DNA from: Patescibacteria group bacterium
GTDB taxonomy: Bacteria; Patescibacteriota; Patescibacteriia; UBA9570; JAHJKD01
Length of the DNA: 64,000 nt
Direction: 5' to 3'
Assembly: GCA_043798935.1 (NCBI GenBank)
Contig: JAZDOC010000002.1
Span: 20,874-84,873, forward strand
Made by a program: the position numbers and the translations under genes. Every line of letters starts with the position of its first letter. The stretch's first letter is position 1. Positions 20,947-31,146 of this stretch are shown here, one piece after another. The notes beneath the pieces were generated by a model, which was given only the letters and a program-made list of their open reading frames with translations, made no database searches and had not been told where the DNA came from.

Positions 20947-21768
20947 TTATTTATTGATACAACGCAATTTTTTTAATATCTTCAAATCTTTAACACGTTT
21001 ATCAATCGGTGTTTCTAAAATAAAGTTTATTTTTTTGATTCGTTTATCAGTTAGCCATAAAGCAAAACCGTGAATGCCGATTTTCCCTTGGCCAATATGT
21101 TCATGCCGATCTTTTTTAGAACCGAGTTCGACCATGGAATCATTAGCATGAATAAGTTTTAAATATTTCATTCCAATTTGTTTTGCAAAAACATTGAATA
21201 ATTCTTGGGGCGTATACCCATAGCCAAAAGCATGCATAACATCTAAACAAATGCCAACATGATGTTTTTGTAATCCCTGTAAAATAGTTTTCAGTTCTTT
21301 AAAGTCGCCACCAATTAATTCTCCGCTACCGGCTGTGTTCTCTATGAGAAATATGGTTTTCCCCTCATACCCTTTTAAACATGCATTTAAACTTTTAATA
21401 ACTTCATTAATGGCTTGATCACGTTTTTTATAACCAGCGGCTGTTCCTAAATGAGTCATTAAATATTTTACGCCCAACTGTGAACCACGCTCTAATTCTT
21501 CCCGAACCACGGAAATAGAGCTTTGTTTAATGCGACTATTTAATGAAGCGAAATTTATATAATACGGTGCGTGGATATAACTCTCTAATTTATATTGACT
21601 ACAGCGCTTTTTAAATAATTCGACATCTTCGGGATGTAATTTTATAGCCGATCCGCCCTGTGGTGGACGAGAAAAGAACTGGAAACACTCACAGCCTTCT
21701 TTATAAGCATTAAAGGGCGCATTAGATAGCTTGCCGGCAGCACTAACATGGGCACCAATTTTATTCAT
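20947..21768 (-). CDS. nfo: Endonuclease IV
   Basis: IGAHVS, HAPYYIN, ENTAG, CLDVMH, HANDS, DRHEHIGQG and ILETP. Confidence 0.96.
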   Translation of the reverse strand: MNKIGAHVSAAGKLSNAPFNAYKEGCECFQFFSRPPQGGSAIKLHPEDVELFKKRCSQYKLESYIHAPYYINFASLNSRIKQSSISVVREELERGSQLGVKYLMTHLGTAAGYKKRDQAINEVIKSLNACLKGYEGKTIFLIENTAGSGELIGGDFKELKTILQGLQKHHVGICLDVMHAFGYGYTPQELFNVFAKQIGMKYLKLIHANDSMVELGSKKDRHEHIGQGKIGIHGFALWLTDKRIKKINFILETPIDKRVKDLKILKKLRCINK

Positions 21769-21869
21769 GAGTTTATTATAGCAGAATTACGAAAAGTAGA
21801 AACACGAAAGCTCGAAACATTCGAAATAACGCGAAAAATGCAAAATGAAACAATGTAAAATAATAAAAA

Positions 21870-21897
21870 GCAGAGACGCGATTAATCGCGTCTCTGC
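21870..21897. repeat. REP-like palindrome family A
   Basis: Perfect palindrome GCAGAGACGCGATTAATCGCGTCTCTGC downstream of tig. Confidence 0.9.
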
Positions 21898-21927
21898 AGG
21901 ACAAACTCTAATGTATTGTTCTATATA

Positions 21928-23208
21928 TTATACCACAACAAAGCTTTCCAATAATGCAAAAGTTTTTTGATTAATCAAAATATTTTTTGCATACCGTTTA
22001 TACTGTTCGCTTTCAAATTGTTTGATCATGTCGGGCTCATCTTTGTAGGGTGCAATAGTTTTTTCAATTTCTTCGGCTACTTCTTTGTCGGTAGCATCAA
22101 TTTTTTCAGCTTCAGCGACCGCCTTGGCGATCATGCCGGTTTTAATTCTTTTTTCCGCATTAGGTTGGAAATCTCTTTTAATGTCATCTTCGGTTTTTTT
22201 GATGTGCTGTAAATAATCTGCAAACTTACCACCCGAATTTTCAACATTGTGTTTAAATTCGTGCATCATTTTCTGGATCTCGATTTCCAACATCTCTTCT
22301 GGAATCGGATCAAAAGTAGATTTAGAAATAATTTCTTCTAAAATTGCTAATTCCAATCGTTCTTTTTCTTTTTGCTCTAATTCCATGTTGATATTATCAC
22401 GAATTTGTTTTTCCAATTCGGCCCAAGTTTTAAAATTTAATCCTTTAGCAAACTCATCGTTAAGCTCGGGTAAAGTAATTTCATAAACTGCTTGCACCTT
22501 AGCTTCGACATCACATTCTCTGTCAGCTAATTTCTTTTCGAAATAATCTTTGGGAAAAGTAATTTTAAAATTCTTGGTTTCACCGGTTTTTAGACCCATT
22601 AAATTATCTTCAAAACCAGGAATAAACTTTTTCTCTCCAATAACAATGGGGTATTTTTTTCCTTGTCCACCCTCAATAACCACACCGGCTAATTTGATAG
22701 TGAAATCAACTTCTACTTTGTCGTCTTTTTTAGCAGTTCGTTCTACTAATTTTTCTTGAGCGCGAAGCTTACGTAAATCAGCCAAAGTTTTTTTAACTTT
22801 TTCTTCATCGGTTTTTACAACCTGTTTTTTAACTGTTAAAGTTTTGTAATCACCTAATTTTATTTTAGGCATCAAGACGAAAGTAACTTTATATACTACG
22901 GGATTTCCCGGAGCGATTTTCTCGGCGTCCACTTTGGGCTGACCAACAAAATCGATGTTTTCTTTTTTAACTATCTCGGGCAGAGTTTTATTAACGATGT
23001 TATAAAAAGCTTCTTCGTAAATAGTGGCTTCTCCAACATGTTGCTTTAAAATATCATAAGGCACTTTGCCTTTACGAAACCCTGGAATGCTAACCTCTTG
23101 AGAAATTTTTAACGCCGCTTTGGCTAGGAATGGTTTTACGTCGGTATTGTCGAGTTCAACCAATAATTCTAGTTTACGGTCGGCTAATTCTTTTTTATCA
23201 ATTTTCAT
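21928..23208 (-). CDS. tig: Trigger factor
   Basis: IPGFRKGKVP signature; FKBP domain FIPGFED; ELNDEFAK. Confidence 0.97.
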   Translation of the reverse strand: MKIDKKELADRKLELLVELDNTDVKPFLAKAALKISQEVSIPGFRKGKVPYDILKQHVGEATIYEEAFYNIVNKTLPEIVKKENIDFVGQPKVDAEKIAPGNPVVYKVTFVLMPKIKLGDYKTLTVKKQVVKTDEEKVKKTLADLRKLRAQEKLVERTAKKDDKVEVDFTIKLAGVVIEGGQGKKYPIVIGEKKFIPGFEDNLMGLKTGETKNFKITFPKDYFEKKLADRECDVEAKVQAVYEITLPELNDEFAKGLNFKTWAELEKQIRDNINMELEQKEKERLELAILEEIISKSTFDPIPEEMLEIEIQKMMHEFKHNVENSGGKFADYLQHIKKTEDDIKRDFQPNAEKRIKTGMIAKAVAEAEKIDATDKEVAEEIEKTIAPYKDEPDMIKQFESEQYKRYAKNILINQKTFALLESFVVV

Positions 23209-23218
23209 GCCTTATAGA

Positions 23219-25213
23219 TTAAATTAATAATGATACTAATAACAAAGCTACGATGTTTAAAATTTTAATCATGGGATTAATAGCTGGACCGGCTGTATCT
23301 TTGTAAGGGTCGCCTACGGTATCACCGGTAACAGCGGCTTTATGAGCCGGAGAACCTTTACCACCATGATTTCCATTTTCGATGTATTTTTTAGCATTGT
23401 CCCAAGCGCCTCCACCTGACGTCATGGAGATGGCCACAAATATTCCAGTGACGATACTACCAACTAATAAACCACCTAAAGCAACCGGGCCTAAAACAAA
23501 ACCAATTATAGCTGGAACTAATACCGGGATTAAAGCCGGCACGATCATTTGTTTGATTGCCGCTTTAGTAACAATGTCTACACAACGTGCATAATCTGGT
23601 TTGGCAGTACCAGCCATGATACCTGGGATTTCTTTAAATTGACGCCGCACTTCATTAACTACTTTACCCGCTGTTTTACCAACAGCTTCCATGGATAAAG
23701 CGCTAAAATAATATGGCAATAAACCACCAATAAATAAGCCTACTATAACTTTCGGATCTTCTAAAACAAATTTTAAAGTGTGACCTAAATCTGCGAACTC
23801 TTGAGTATAGGCAGCAAATAATACTAGAGCAGCCAGTGCAGCCGAACCAATAGCATAGCCTTTGGTAACAGCTTTAGTTGTATTACCGACTGCATCTAAA
23901 GGGTCTGTGATATCGCGCACTTCTTTTGGTAATTCTGCCATTTCGGCAATACCACCAGCATTATCGGTTATAGGGCCGTAAGAATCAATAGCCACGATAA
24001 TACCAGCCATAGACAGCATGCTCATGGCGGCTACAGCAATGCCGTAAAGACCGGCAAAGTAATAAGCTGCTAAAATACCAGCTGAAATTACAAGTACTGG
24101 AAGCATGGTAGATTTCATAGATACTGCTAAACCTTGAATAACATTGGTACCGTGGCCAGACTCGGAAGCCTTAGCAATGGAACGCACAGGTTTATATTTT
24201 GTAGAAGTATAATACTCTGTGATTAAAACCAAGCCGGCTGTCACAACTAATCCGATTAATGCCGAAAAATAAATTTCATTAACATTATAAATTCCATTAT
24301 CAACCATTAACCATTTAGTGACAGGATAAAAAGCAATGCCAGCTAAAATTCCAGAAACAGCTAAACCTTTATATAAAGCATTCATGATATTTTTGGTTTT
24401 TCCCAATCGAATAAACCATGTGCCAACGATAGATGCTAAAATAGCAATGCCACCAAGAACTAAGGGGAATAATAATGCATTATCAAAACCTTTAAAAGCT
24501 AATGAGCCAAGCAACATAGCGGCTACTGAAGTAACGGCATAGGTTTCAAATAAATCAGCGGCCATACCCGAACAATCACCAACGTTATCACCAACGTTAT
24601 CGGCAATCACAGCTGGATTACGTGGATCGTCTTCTGGAATACCAGCTTCGACTTTACCAACTAGATCAGCACCGACATCAGCGGCTTTGGTGTAAATACC
24701 GCCACCTAAACGAGCAAAAACCGAGATTAAACTTCCGCCAAAACCTAAACCTATTAATGCTTTAACATCGCCGAATATAGCAAAAAATCCGGCCACACCA
24801 AGCAGTGCTAAACCAACTACTAATAAACCTGTCACCGTGCCTCCCTGAACTGCAACTTGTAAAGCTTCTTTCAGTCCAGTACGGGCAGCTTCTGTGGTTC
24901 TAACATTAGCTCGCACCGAAACATTCATGCCCACATATCCAGCTAGAGCTGAAAAGACGGCTCCCACTAAAAATCCTAATGCTGTGTTTAAGTTTAATAT
25001 TAACCATAACAATACAAATAACACCACGGCGATAACGGCAATGGTTTTATACTGACGGTTTAAATACGCTTTTGCGCCAGCTTGAATAGCAGCAGCAATT
25101 TCTTGCATTTTATCTGATCCGGCTGGTCTTTTTAAAATCATACGAATAAGCACTGCACCATAGACGATGGCAATGACAGAGCTTACTAAAGCAAAGATGA
25201 TCGAGTTACTCAT
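23219..25213 (-). CDS. hppA: Membrane-bound H+-translocating pyrophosphatase (K+-independent signature)
   Basis: [35 protein letters not shown] and [10 protein letters not shown]. Confidence 0.96.
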   Translation of the reverse strand: MSNSIIFALVSSVIAIVYGAVLIRMILKRPAGSDKMQEIAAAIQAGAKAYLNRQYKTIAVIAVVLFVLLWLILNLNTALGFLVGAVFSALAGYVGMNVSVRANVRTTEAARTGLKEALQVAVQGGTVTGLLVVGLALLGVAGFFAIFGDVKALIGLGFGGSLISVFARLGGGIYTKAADVGADLVGKVEAGIPEDDPRNPAVIADNVGDNVGDCSGMAADLFETYAVTSVAAMLLGSLAFKGFDNALLFPLVLGGIAILASIVGTWFIRLGKTKNIMNALYKGLAVSGILAGIAFYPVTKWLMVDNGIYNVNEIYFSALIGLVVTAGLVLITEYYTSTKYKPVRSIAKASESGHGTNVIQGLAVSMKSTMLPVLVISAGILAAYYFAGLYGIAVAAMSMLSMAGIIVAIDSYGPITDNAGGIAEMAELPKEVRDITDPLDAVGNTTKAVTKGYAIGSAALAALVLFAAYTQEFADLGHTLKFVLEDPKVIVGLFIGGLLPYYFSALSMEAVGKTAGKVVNEVRRQFKEIPGIMAGTAKPDYARCVDIVTKAAIKQMIVPALIPVLVPAIIGFVLGPVALGGLLVGSIVTGIFVAISMTSGGGAWDNAKKYIENGNHGGKGSPAHKAAVTGDTVGDPYKDTAGPAINPMIKILNIVALLLVSLLI

Positions 25214-25243
25214 AGAATTTAATAATATTAATATTTTAAATAA

Positions 25244-26500
25244 TTAATTTTCTTTTTCTTCCACGACTTCTTCCACTGGCTCTTTGTCATCATCATCTTC
25301 ATTAGAATTTTCGGCATCGGTTTCTTTATTAACTGATTCTTCATCTTTACGAACATCAATTTTCCAACCAGTTAATTTGGAAGCTAAGCGAACATTTTGA
25401 CCACTGCGACCAATGGCTAAAGAAAGCTGATCTTCTTTAACTTCAGCTACGGCTATCTTTTCTTCATCATTTAACTTAACTGAAATAACTTTGGCCGGAG
25501 ATAAAGCATTAATAATGAATCTTACCGGATCTTCACTGTATTCTACGATGTCTATTTTTTCACTATTCAATTCGCCGATCACGGTTTGCACTCTGGTACC
25601 ACGTTGACCAACACATGAACCAATCGGATCGATGCTGTCGTCGTGGGCTATAACAGCAATTTTTGTTCTTGAACCAGCTTCACGGGCTACTGATTTCACT
25701 TCGATAGTACCGTTTTCAATTTCAGGAACCTCGGCCACAAATAATTCTTTTACTAAATCACCATGCGAACGAGAAGCCATCATTTCTGGTCCTTTATTTG
25801 TTTTTTCAACTGACAATAATAAAACTTTTATTCTTTGACCTGAACGGTATTGTTCACCCGGAATTTGTTCAGACGGTGGCAACATGGCTACAGCCTGACC
25901 TAAATCTATAAACACCATGCGACCTTCAACTCTTTGCACGATACCATTAATAATTTCACCAGCCCGGTCTTTATAAGTGTTAAATAATGTTTCTCTTTCA
26001 GCTTCACGTAATTTCTGAATAATTACTTGTTTAGCGGTTTGGGCAGCCATCCGACCATAGCCAGTAGGAGTTTCTAGTTCAGTTTTTAATTCATCGCCTA
26101 AGATAGCGTCGAATTTTATTTTCTTAGCTTCAGATAGTGCAATATCGGTTTTTACATTGAAGCGTTCTTTTTTTTCAAATTCTTCACCGGCTTCCTGCGC
26201 TTTATACATTTCTTCTTTTTCCAGTGCTAAAATCTTTTCTCGTTCTTCCGGATCCATGTCTTTCTCTTTTTCATATTCTTTATAAAGCTCGTCAGAAACA
26301 ACGGTCATTACTTCATAAAGACGTGAGGAGCCATCGTTAGGATTAAATTCGGCGCGAATATCGTATCCTTTTTTTGAAAATTCTTTACGATACGCTACGG
26401 CCAAAGCGCTTTCAATGGTTTCGATAACCGAAGCAAAGGAAACTCCTTTTTCTTCGCATATCTGTTTCATGGCAGCGCTTAAATCGGCTGTGTTAATCAT
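25244..26500 (-). CDS. nusA: Transcription termination/antitermination factor NusA
   Basis: GRMAAQTAKQVI, S1 and KH domains, AREAGSRTKIAV and LAIGRSGQNVRLA. Confidence 0.97.
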   Translation of the reverse strand: MINTADLSAAMKQICEEKGVSFASVIETIESALAVAYRKEFSKKGYDIRAEFNPNDGSSRLYEVMTVVSDELYKEYEKEKDMDPEEREKILALEKEEMYKAQEAGEEFEKKERFNVKTDIALSEAKKIKFDAILGDELKTELETPTGYGRMAAQTAKQVIIQKLREAERETLFNTYKDRAGEIINGIVQRVEGRMVFIDLGQAVAMLPPSEQIPGEQYRSGQRIKVLLLSVEKTNKGPEMMASRSHGDLVKELFVAEVPEIENGTIEVKSVAREAGSRTKIAVIAHDDSIDPIGSCVGQRGTRVQTVIGELNSEKIDIVEYSEDPVRFIINALSPAKVISVKLNDEEKIAVAEVKEDQLSLAIGRSGQNVRLASKLTGWKIDVRKDEESVNKETDAENSNEDDDDKEPVEEVVEEKEN

Positions 26501-26521
26501 GTTGATTATTATTTATTTAAT

Positions 26522-26594
26522 AAAAAAACTAGTATTGGGAATATACTAGTTAATATACATGTCAAATCATACTATGCGACTAGTTATTTGTCAA
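26522..26594 (-). promoter_or_regulatory. nusA promoter followed by a leader terminator hairpin
   Basis: Minus strand TTGACA (26594-26589)-17 bp-TATGAT (26571-26566), then AACTAGTAT-ATTCCCA-ATACTAGTT-TTTTT before the ATG. Confidence 0.6.
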
Positions 26595-26649
26595 TCTTCA
26601 TTTTTCAACCATTGACAAATTAACAATATTGTGCTAGGGTGAAGATAAT

Positions 26650-26742
26650 ATGAACCAAATAATCCAAAACATTACTGAAAAAACTTCTGGCATTCGTCTT
26701 TTATGCTTATGTTTTAATATGTTGCGGATTAATACTAATTGA
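26650..26742 (+). CDS. Putative 30-aa leader peptide
   Basis: ATG about 10 nt after TTGACA(26612)-17-TAGGGT; followed by a terminator-like hairpin at 26772-26804. Confidence 0.35.
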   Translation: MNQIIQNITEKTSGIRLLCLCFNMLRINTN

Positions 26743-27077
26743 TAAAAAATAAAGAACTCGTCAGTTAATACAAGTCCGCAAATAAAGCGGATTTTTCGTT
26801 CTTTTCAATACATTCCGGAGGGAATAGACATGAAATAAATGAGTGAAGTGTGGATAGAAAATAAACAGAATTATTTTCTGCCCTTACTTCGGCCAATTAT
26901 ATGTGTCTGTGCTGATATATTACACTACGTGTTTATATATATCAGGAGAGTTCCTTTGCCTCATCCCCTAGGGATTGCGGCTACCAAAAAGGAACATCTC
27001 AGACAACGCGCTTAAGAATACCAATTCTAATAGCACGTTGTCTCACCCTTTTTATAAATAAATGATTTTAAATATAA

Positions 27078-27119
27078 AATAAACTAGCCCACTGGCACAA
27101 AGCCAGGGGCTAGTTTATT
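27078..27119. repeat. Palindrome family D (TAGCC(C/T)ACTGGCA(C/T)AAAGCCAGGGGCTA), terminator-positioned
   Basis: Imperfect hairpin after the OTC gene. Near-identical copy at 58875-58912. Confidence 0.75.
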
Positions 27120-27134
27120 ATCATGAGAATATTA

Positions 27135-28064
27135 TTATATTCGATCTAATAAATATTTTAAAATCGCTTTTTGCGCGTGCAAACGATTTTCAGCTTGATC
27201 AAAAACTATTGATTGAGGGCCATCGATTACTTCAGCAGTTTGTTCATATCCGCGCATGGCCGGCAAGCAATTCATAAATAGTACATCAGCTTTAGCATGT
27301 TTCATTAAATCGGCATTAACCTGAAACGGCATCAGCAGGGCTTTGCGCTCGGCTTCTCTGTCTTTGGCTACATGATAACTCATCCAGGAATCCGTATAAA
27401 TTACATCAGCATCTTTAGCGGCTTCAGCTGCGTCGTGTAAAACTCTAATTACCGAACCGGTAATTTTAGCAATCTCATTAGCTTCATCAACAAACTGTTG
27501 TTTGGGTTTAACTTCTTCATTTTCCGGGCAGGCCACATCAATATTCATGCCAGTTAAAGCCGCGCCGTGTAGAAGCGAATAGGTAACATTGTTTTCGCAA
27601 TCTCCAAAGTAAGCGATTTTTAATCCTTTCAGTTCGCCTTTTTTTTCTTTAATGGTTTGTAAATCAGCCATAATTTGGCAAGGATGATTTTGTTCAGACA
27701 AAGCATCGATTACCGGTACGCCGGCATTATCAGCCAGCGCTTTAATATCTGAAAAGTGAAACATGCGCGCCATGATTACATCTGCAAAACGCCCTGAACA
27801 TTTAGCTGTGTCTTCGATGGTTTCCTTTTTACCTAATGGTGAAGTTGAGACATCATAATAAATAGCATGCCCGCCTAACTGTGTGGCGCCAACTTCAAAA
27901 CTAACTCTGGTACGCAGTGACGGTTTTTCAAAAATCATCATTAATGTTTTGTGTTTCATTACTTCGCGATAATCATCAGGATTTTTTTTCATAGTGATGG
28001 CCAGGTCTAAAACCTCATTAATTTCTTGGGGTTGCCACTCGGCTAGTGAAAGCAAATGTTTCAT
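27135..28064 (-). CDS. argF: Ornithine carbamoyltransferase (ArgF/ArcB; probably catabolic, next to arcC)
   Basis: FEKPSLRTRVSFE, HPCQ, NNV, TDSWMSYH, FMNCLPA and AENRLH. Confidence 0.95.
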   Translation of the reverse strand: MKHLLSLAEWQPQEINEVLDLAITMKKNPDDYREVMKHKTLMMIFEKPSLRTRVSFEVGATQLGGHAIYYDVSTSPLGKKETIEDTAKCSGRFADVIMARMFHFSDIKALADNAGVPVIDALSEQNHPCQIMADLQTIKEKKGELKGLKIAYFGDCENNVTYSLLHGAALTGMNIDVACPENEEVKPKQQFVDEANEIAKITGSVIRVLHDAAEAAKDADVIYTDSWMSYHVAKDREAERKALLMPFQVNADLMKHAKADVLFMNCLPAMRGYEQTAEVIDGPQSIVFDQAENRLHAQKAILKYLLDRI

Positions 28065-28086
28065 AGTGTTTATTTATTTAATATTA

Positions 28087-28992
28087 TTAATTAATTATTT
28101 GGGTTCCGGTTTCGCCGGACAAAGCTTCTAATATTTTAAAGGGGTGGGTAATAATTACTTTCTCGCCATGACCTTTTTCCAAAAACTCAATAGCCGCCTC
28201 TATTTTTGGCAACATGGATCCTTTAGCGAAATGACCCTCGACAATATATTTTTTAGCTTCATCGACGGTTAGAGAATTTAAATCTTTTTGTTCAGGAGTA
28301 TTATAATTTAACGCCACTTTTTCTACATCAGTTAAAACTATAAAGATGTCAGCCTCTAGTTCGCGCGCTAATAATTGACCGGCACGGTCTTTATCAATTA
28401 CTGCGTCCACGCCTTCGTAACCATTTTCTTTTTTAACCACCGGTATACCACCGCCACCTGAAGCTATTACCAAAACATCATTATCAATTAATTTTTTTAT
28501 AACGTCTAACTCCACGATATGATCTGGAATAGGTGATGGCACGACTCTTCTAAAACCCCGGCCGGCATCTTCAATCATGTCGTCAGATATTTTTTCTTTA
28601 TAAAATGGACCAACTGGTTTAGATGGATTTTGAAAAGATGAATCCTTGGCATCAACTGCTACCTGAGTAATGATTGTTGCTACGTTAGCCGTGTCACCTA
28701 AAATATTTTTTAAACTTTGTTGAATTAAATAACCAATCTGCCCCTGAGTTTGCGCGCCACACATAAACATAGGCAACGCACAAACCTGATCTCTTCCGGC
28801 GTGATGCTGGATCAGTAAATTACCAACCTGCGGACCATTACCATGAGTGAGCACAACTTCATGCCCGGCTTTTCTAAGCTCGGCAATTTTTTCCATGGTT
28901 TTATGAATGTTATTTCTTTGTTCTTCATAAGTTCCTTTTTCATTAGCACTTTGAATAGCATTACCGCCTAAAGCAATTACAATTTTCGACAT
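28087..28992 (-). CDS. arcC: Carbamate kinase
   Basis: ALGGNA, THGNGPQVG, PSKPVGPFY, GGGGIPV, AVIDKD and GSMLPK. Confidence 0.97.
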   Translation of the reverse strand: MSKIVIALGGNAIQSANEKGTYEEQRNNIHKTMEKIAELRKAGHEVVLTHGNGPQVGNLLIQHHAGRDQVCALPMFMCGAQTQGQIGYLIQQSLKNILGDTANVATIITQVAVDAKDSSFQNPSKPVGPFYKEKISDDMIEDAGRGFRRVVPSPIPDHIVELDVIKKLIDNDVLVIASGGGGIPVVKKENGYEGVDAVIDKDRAGQLLARELEADIFIVLTDVEKVALNYNTPEQKDLNSLTVDEAKKYIVEGHFAKGSMLPKIEAAIEFLEKGHGEKVIITHPFKILEALSGETGTQIIN

Positions 28993-29026
28993 AAATAAAT
29001 ATTATTAATAATTAACGGGTGGACTT

Positions 29027-29392
29027 TTATTTTAACAAAATATTCTCAAAAAATCTAACCCGCGCTTGATTATTGTAAGACGAATAGATAATAGCCAGAA
29101 TATCTATTTGATAAATAAATTGTAAATGTTCTGGGTGTTGGCGTAAATATATGGTCACAGCGCGTTTAGCTTTTTGATATTTAGAACGAGTGACGGCTTG
29201 TTCGGGGCGACCATAACGCAAAGTGGCTCTGGTTTTAACTTCAATAAAATGTAAACGATTATCTCTTTCAGCCACAATATCAATTTCACCCCACTTGGTA
29301 AAAAAGTTGGTTTCAATAATGTTGAATTTTTTACTGATTAAATATTTAGTGGCAATAGCCTCACCGACCTTGCCGAATTGTTGATTGTACAT
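29027..29392 (-). CDS. yraN: YraN family (UPF0102) putative endonuclease
   Basis: G..GE..A..YL, GEIDIVA and FIEVKTR. Confidence 0.92.
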   Translation of the reverse strand: MYNQQFGKVGEAIATKYLISKKFNIIETNFFTKWGEIDIVAERDNRLHFIEVKTRATLRYGRPEQAVTRSKYQKAKRAVTIYLRQHPEHLQFIYQIDILAIIYSSYNNQARVRFFENILLK

Positions 29393-29472
29393 AATTAGTG
29401 TCAAACCCTTCGATAAAATAAAAAAACGCTATGAGCGCCCGTTTATTTTGCTTTTAATACTATGCTATCAAA

Positions 29473-30021
29473 CTATTTCTCAAAAATCAAACCCCAGTGA
29501 CACTGCCCGGCTTCAAATTCATCGATGAGCTTTAAACCCAATTCTTGGCAAATCTCTTTAATTTGATTGGGTGAAACTCGCATATCGATTGGCGGACCGA
29601 GCGGTGATTTTTGATCAGACTTCCAGTCTACAACAACTAATTTTCCGGTTGGCTTTATCATGCGGATGCTTTCACGAACCATGTCACCATGGCGTTTCGA
29701 CTGAAACAATGTGGTTACTAAAAAACCCACGTCCAAGCTATTATCGCTAATGGCTTTTGTAGCACCGTAAATTTCTAAATCACTCCAAACAGTTTGCATA
29801 TTTTTTATACCATGAATCGCGGCTTTAGTTTGTAAGGCCGGCAGAATGCTTTTTACAATATCCACGGCATATGCGATACCATCTTCACCAATAATATTTG
29901 ATGATGCTAATGCCATGCGCCCTTCGCGCCCAGTTCCAAGGTCAGCAATAACATCGCCCCGTTTAACACCGGCGCGTTGTAAAATATTTAATACATTGAA
30001 CATTACTGTTTCATATGGCAT
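29473..30021 (-). CDS. Class I SAM-dependent methyltransferase
   Basis: IADLGTG, YAVDI, KPTGKLVVVDW and GPP. Confidence 0.85.
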   Translation of the reverse strand: MPYETVMFNVLNILQRAGVKRGDVIADLGTGREGRMALASSNIIGEDGIAYAVDIVKSILPALQTKAAIHGIKNMQTVWSDLEIYGATKAISDNSLDVGFLVTTLFQSKRHGDMVRESIRMIKPTGKLVVVDWKSDQKSPLGPPIDMRVSPNQIKEICQELGLKLIDEFEAGQCHWGLIFEK

Positions 30022-30058
30022 AGTTACATTATAGCAAAATTATCTAAAATAAATCAAT

Positions 30059-31087
30059 ATGAAGAAATACTATCTCTTAATTCTATTTATCGCTCTGTCA
30101 ATTACCATTATTGGTTGTACGGCCGATAAAAAAGAGCAGATGCCAAAAACAGCACAATCAAACACCGATAACAACACAGTTGTTAACAAAAACAATAAAA
30201 AAGAACAAACCAAGGATTATTTAATGTTTACCTTAAATGTTCATGACTGGGTTTTCCCGGATAAAAGCGCTGATGCGGTTATTAAAACAATTAACCTCCA
30301 TGAAAAGTATAATGTTCCTTTAGATATTTATTTAGACGATCAAGTTATGCAAGTTTATTTAGCAGACTATCCAGAAGTTATCGAAAAAATTAAATCTTCT
30401 AGCTTAGTTGCCGTGTCTTATCATGTGCGAGCACCGCATCCTATGTCTTCCGGTTTTACTTTTTTGTTGAAAGATAGAAATCAGTTAATTGATTACGAAG
30501 AGCATGCGTTAAACTTAGAAACTGGTCAGTACATAGAAAGCAAGCCAGGAGGATATCAGTTGATTAAAGACACTTTTGGTTATGCGCCACTGGCAGTGGG
30601 TGTTACTAAAAATGATGTAGAAAAAGTTTATGCAGATAAAGGTGCAACCTTTAAAATCATTCATGGACAAGAAATTAAGCTTGGTGATAAAAGTGATTAT
30701 CTTTATTACCGACCCGAGAATGTTGAAATAAAATGGTACGAGCAAAATAGAGCCTATATGCACAACGACATTACAGCTCAAGAATTAATTGCAAACAGCA
30801 TCGGCAATCAAAAAAGAGGTGGTTTGTTTATAAACATTAAAATGCATGAAAACAATTATTATACCGAAGACACTCCCTTCTGGCCGGTTTACTGGCAAGA
30901 CAGCCAAAAGACCCTGCCTCTGCAACCACCTTACGACACATCAGCTGGACAAAAACAAATAAGAATAAGACCGGCTGATTATACTCAATCCATGTGGGAA
31001 TTTTACGAAAACGCTTTGCAGTATGCTTCGGAAAATTTAGATCAATTTGAATTAGTTAATAATAAAGACTTGTTAGATTTATTATAA
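30059..31087 (+). CDS. Lipoprotein with polysaccharide deacetylase/CE4-like domain
   Basis: IIGC lipobox; FTLNVHD...EKYNVP..IYL...SYH pattern. Confidence 0.55.
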   Translation: MKKYYLLILFIALSITIIGCTADKKEQMPKTAQSNTDNNTVVNKNNKKEQTKDYLMFTLNVHDWVFPDKSADAVIKTINLHEKYNVPLDIYLDDQVMQVYLADYPEVIEKIKSSSLVAVSYHVRAPHPMSSGFTFLLKDRNQLIDYEEHALNLETGQYIESKPGGYQLIKDTFGYAPLAVGVTKNDVEKVYADKGATFKIIHGQEIKLGDKSDYLYYRPENVEIKWYEQNRAYMHNDITAQELIANSIGNQKRGGLFINIKMHENNYYTEDTPFWPVYWQDSQKTLPLQPPYDTSAGQKQIRIRPADYTQSMWEFYENALQYASENLDQFELVNNKDLLDLL

Positions 31088-31090
31088 AAA

Positions 31091-31127
31091 CATGGAGGCG
31101 CGATTCCGGAACCGCGCCTTCTGCATG
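31091..31127. repeat. Palindrome family B, between convergent genes
   Basis: GGAGGCGCGATTCCGGAACCGCGCCTTC. Confidence 0.7.
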
Positions 31128-31146
31128 TTGTTTTAAAGAAGAGTTA

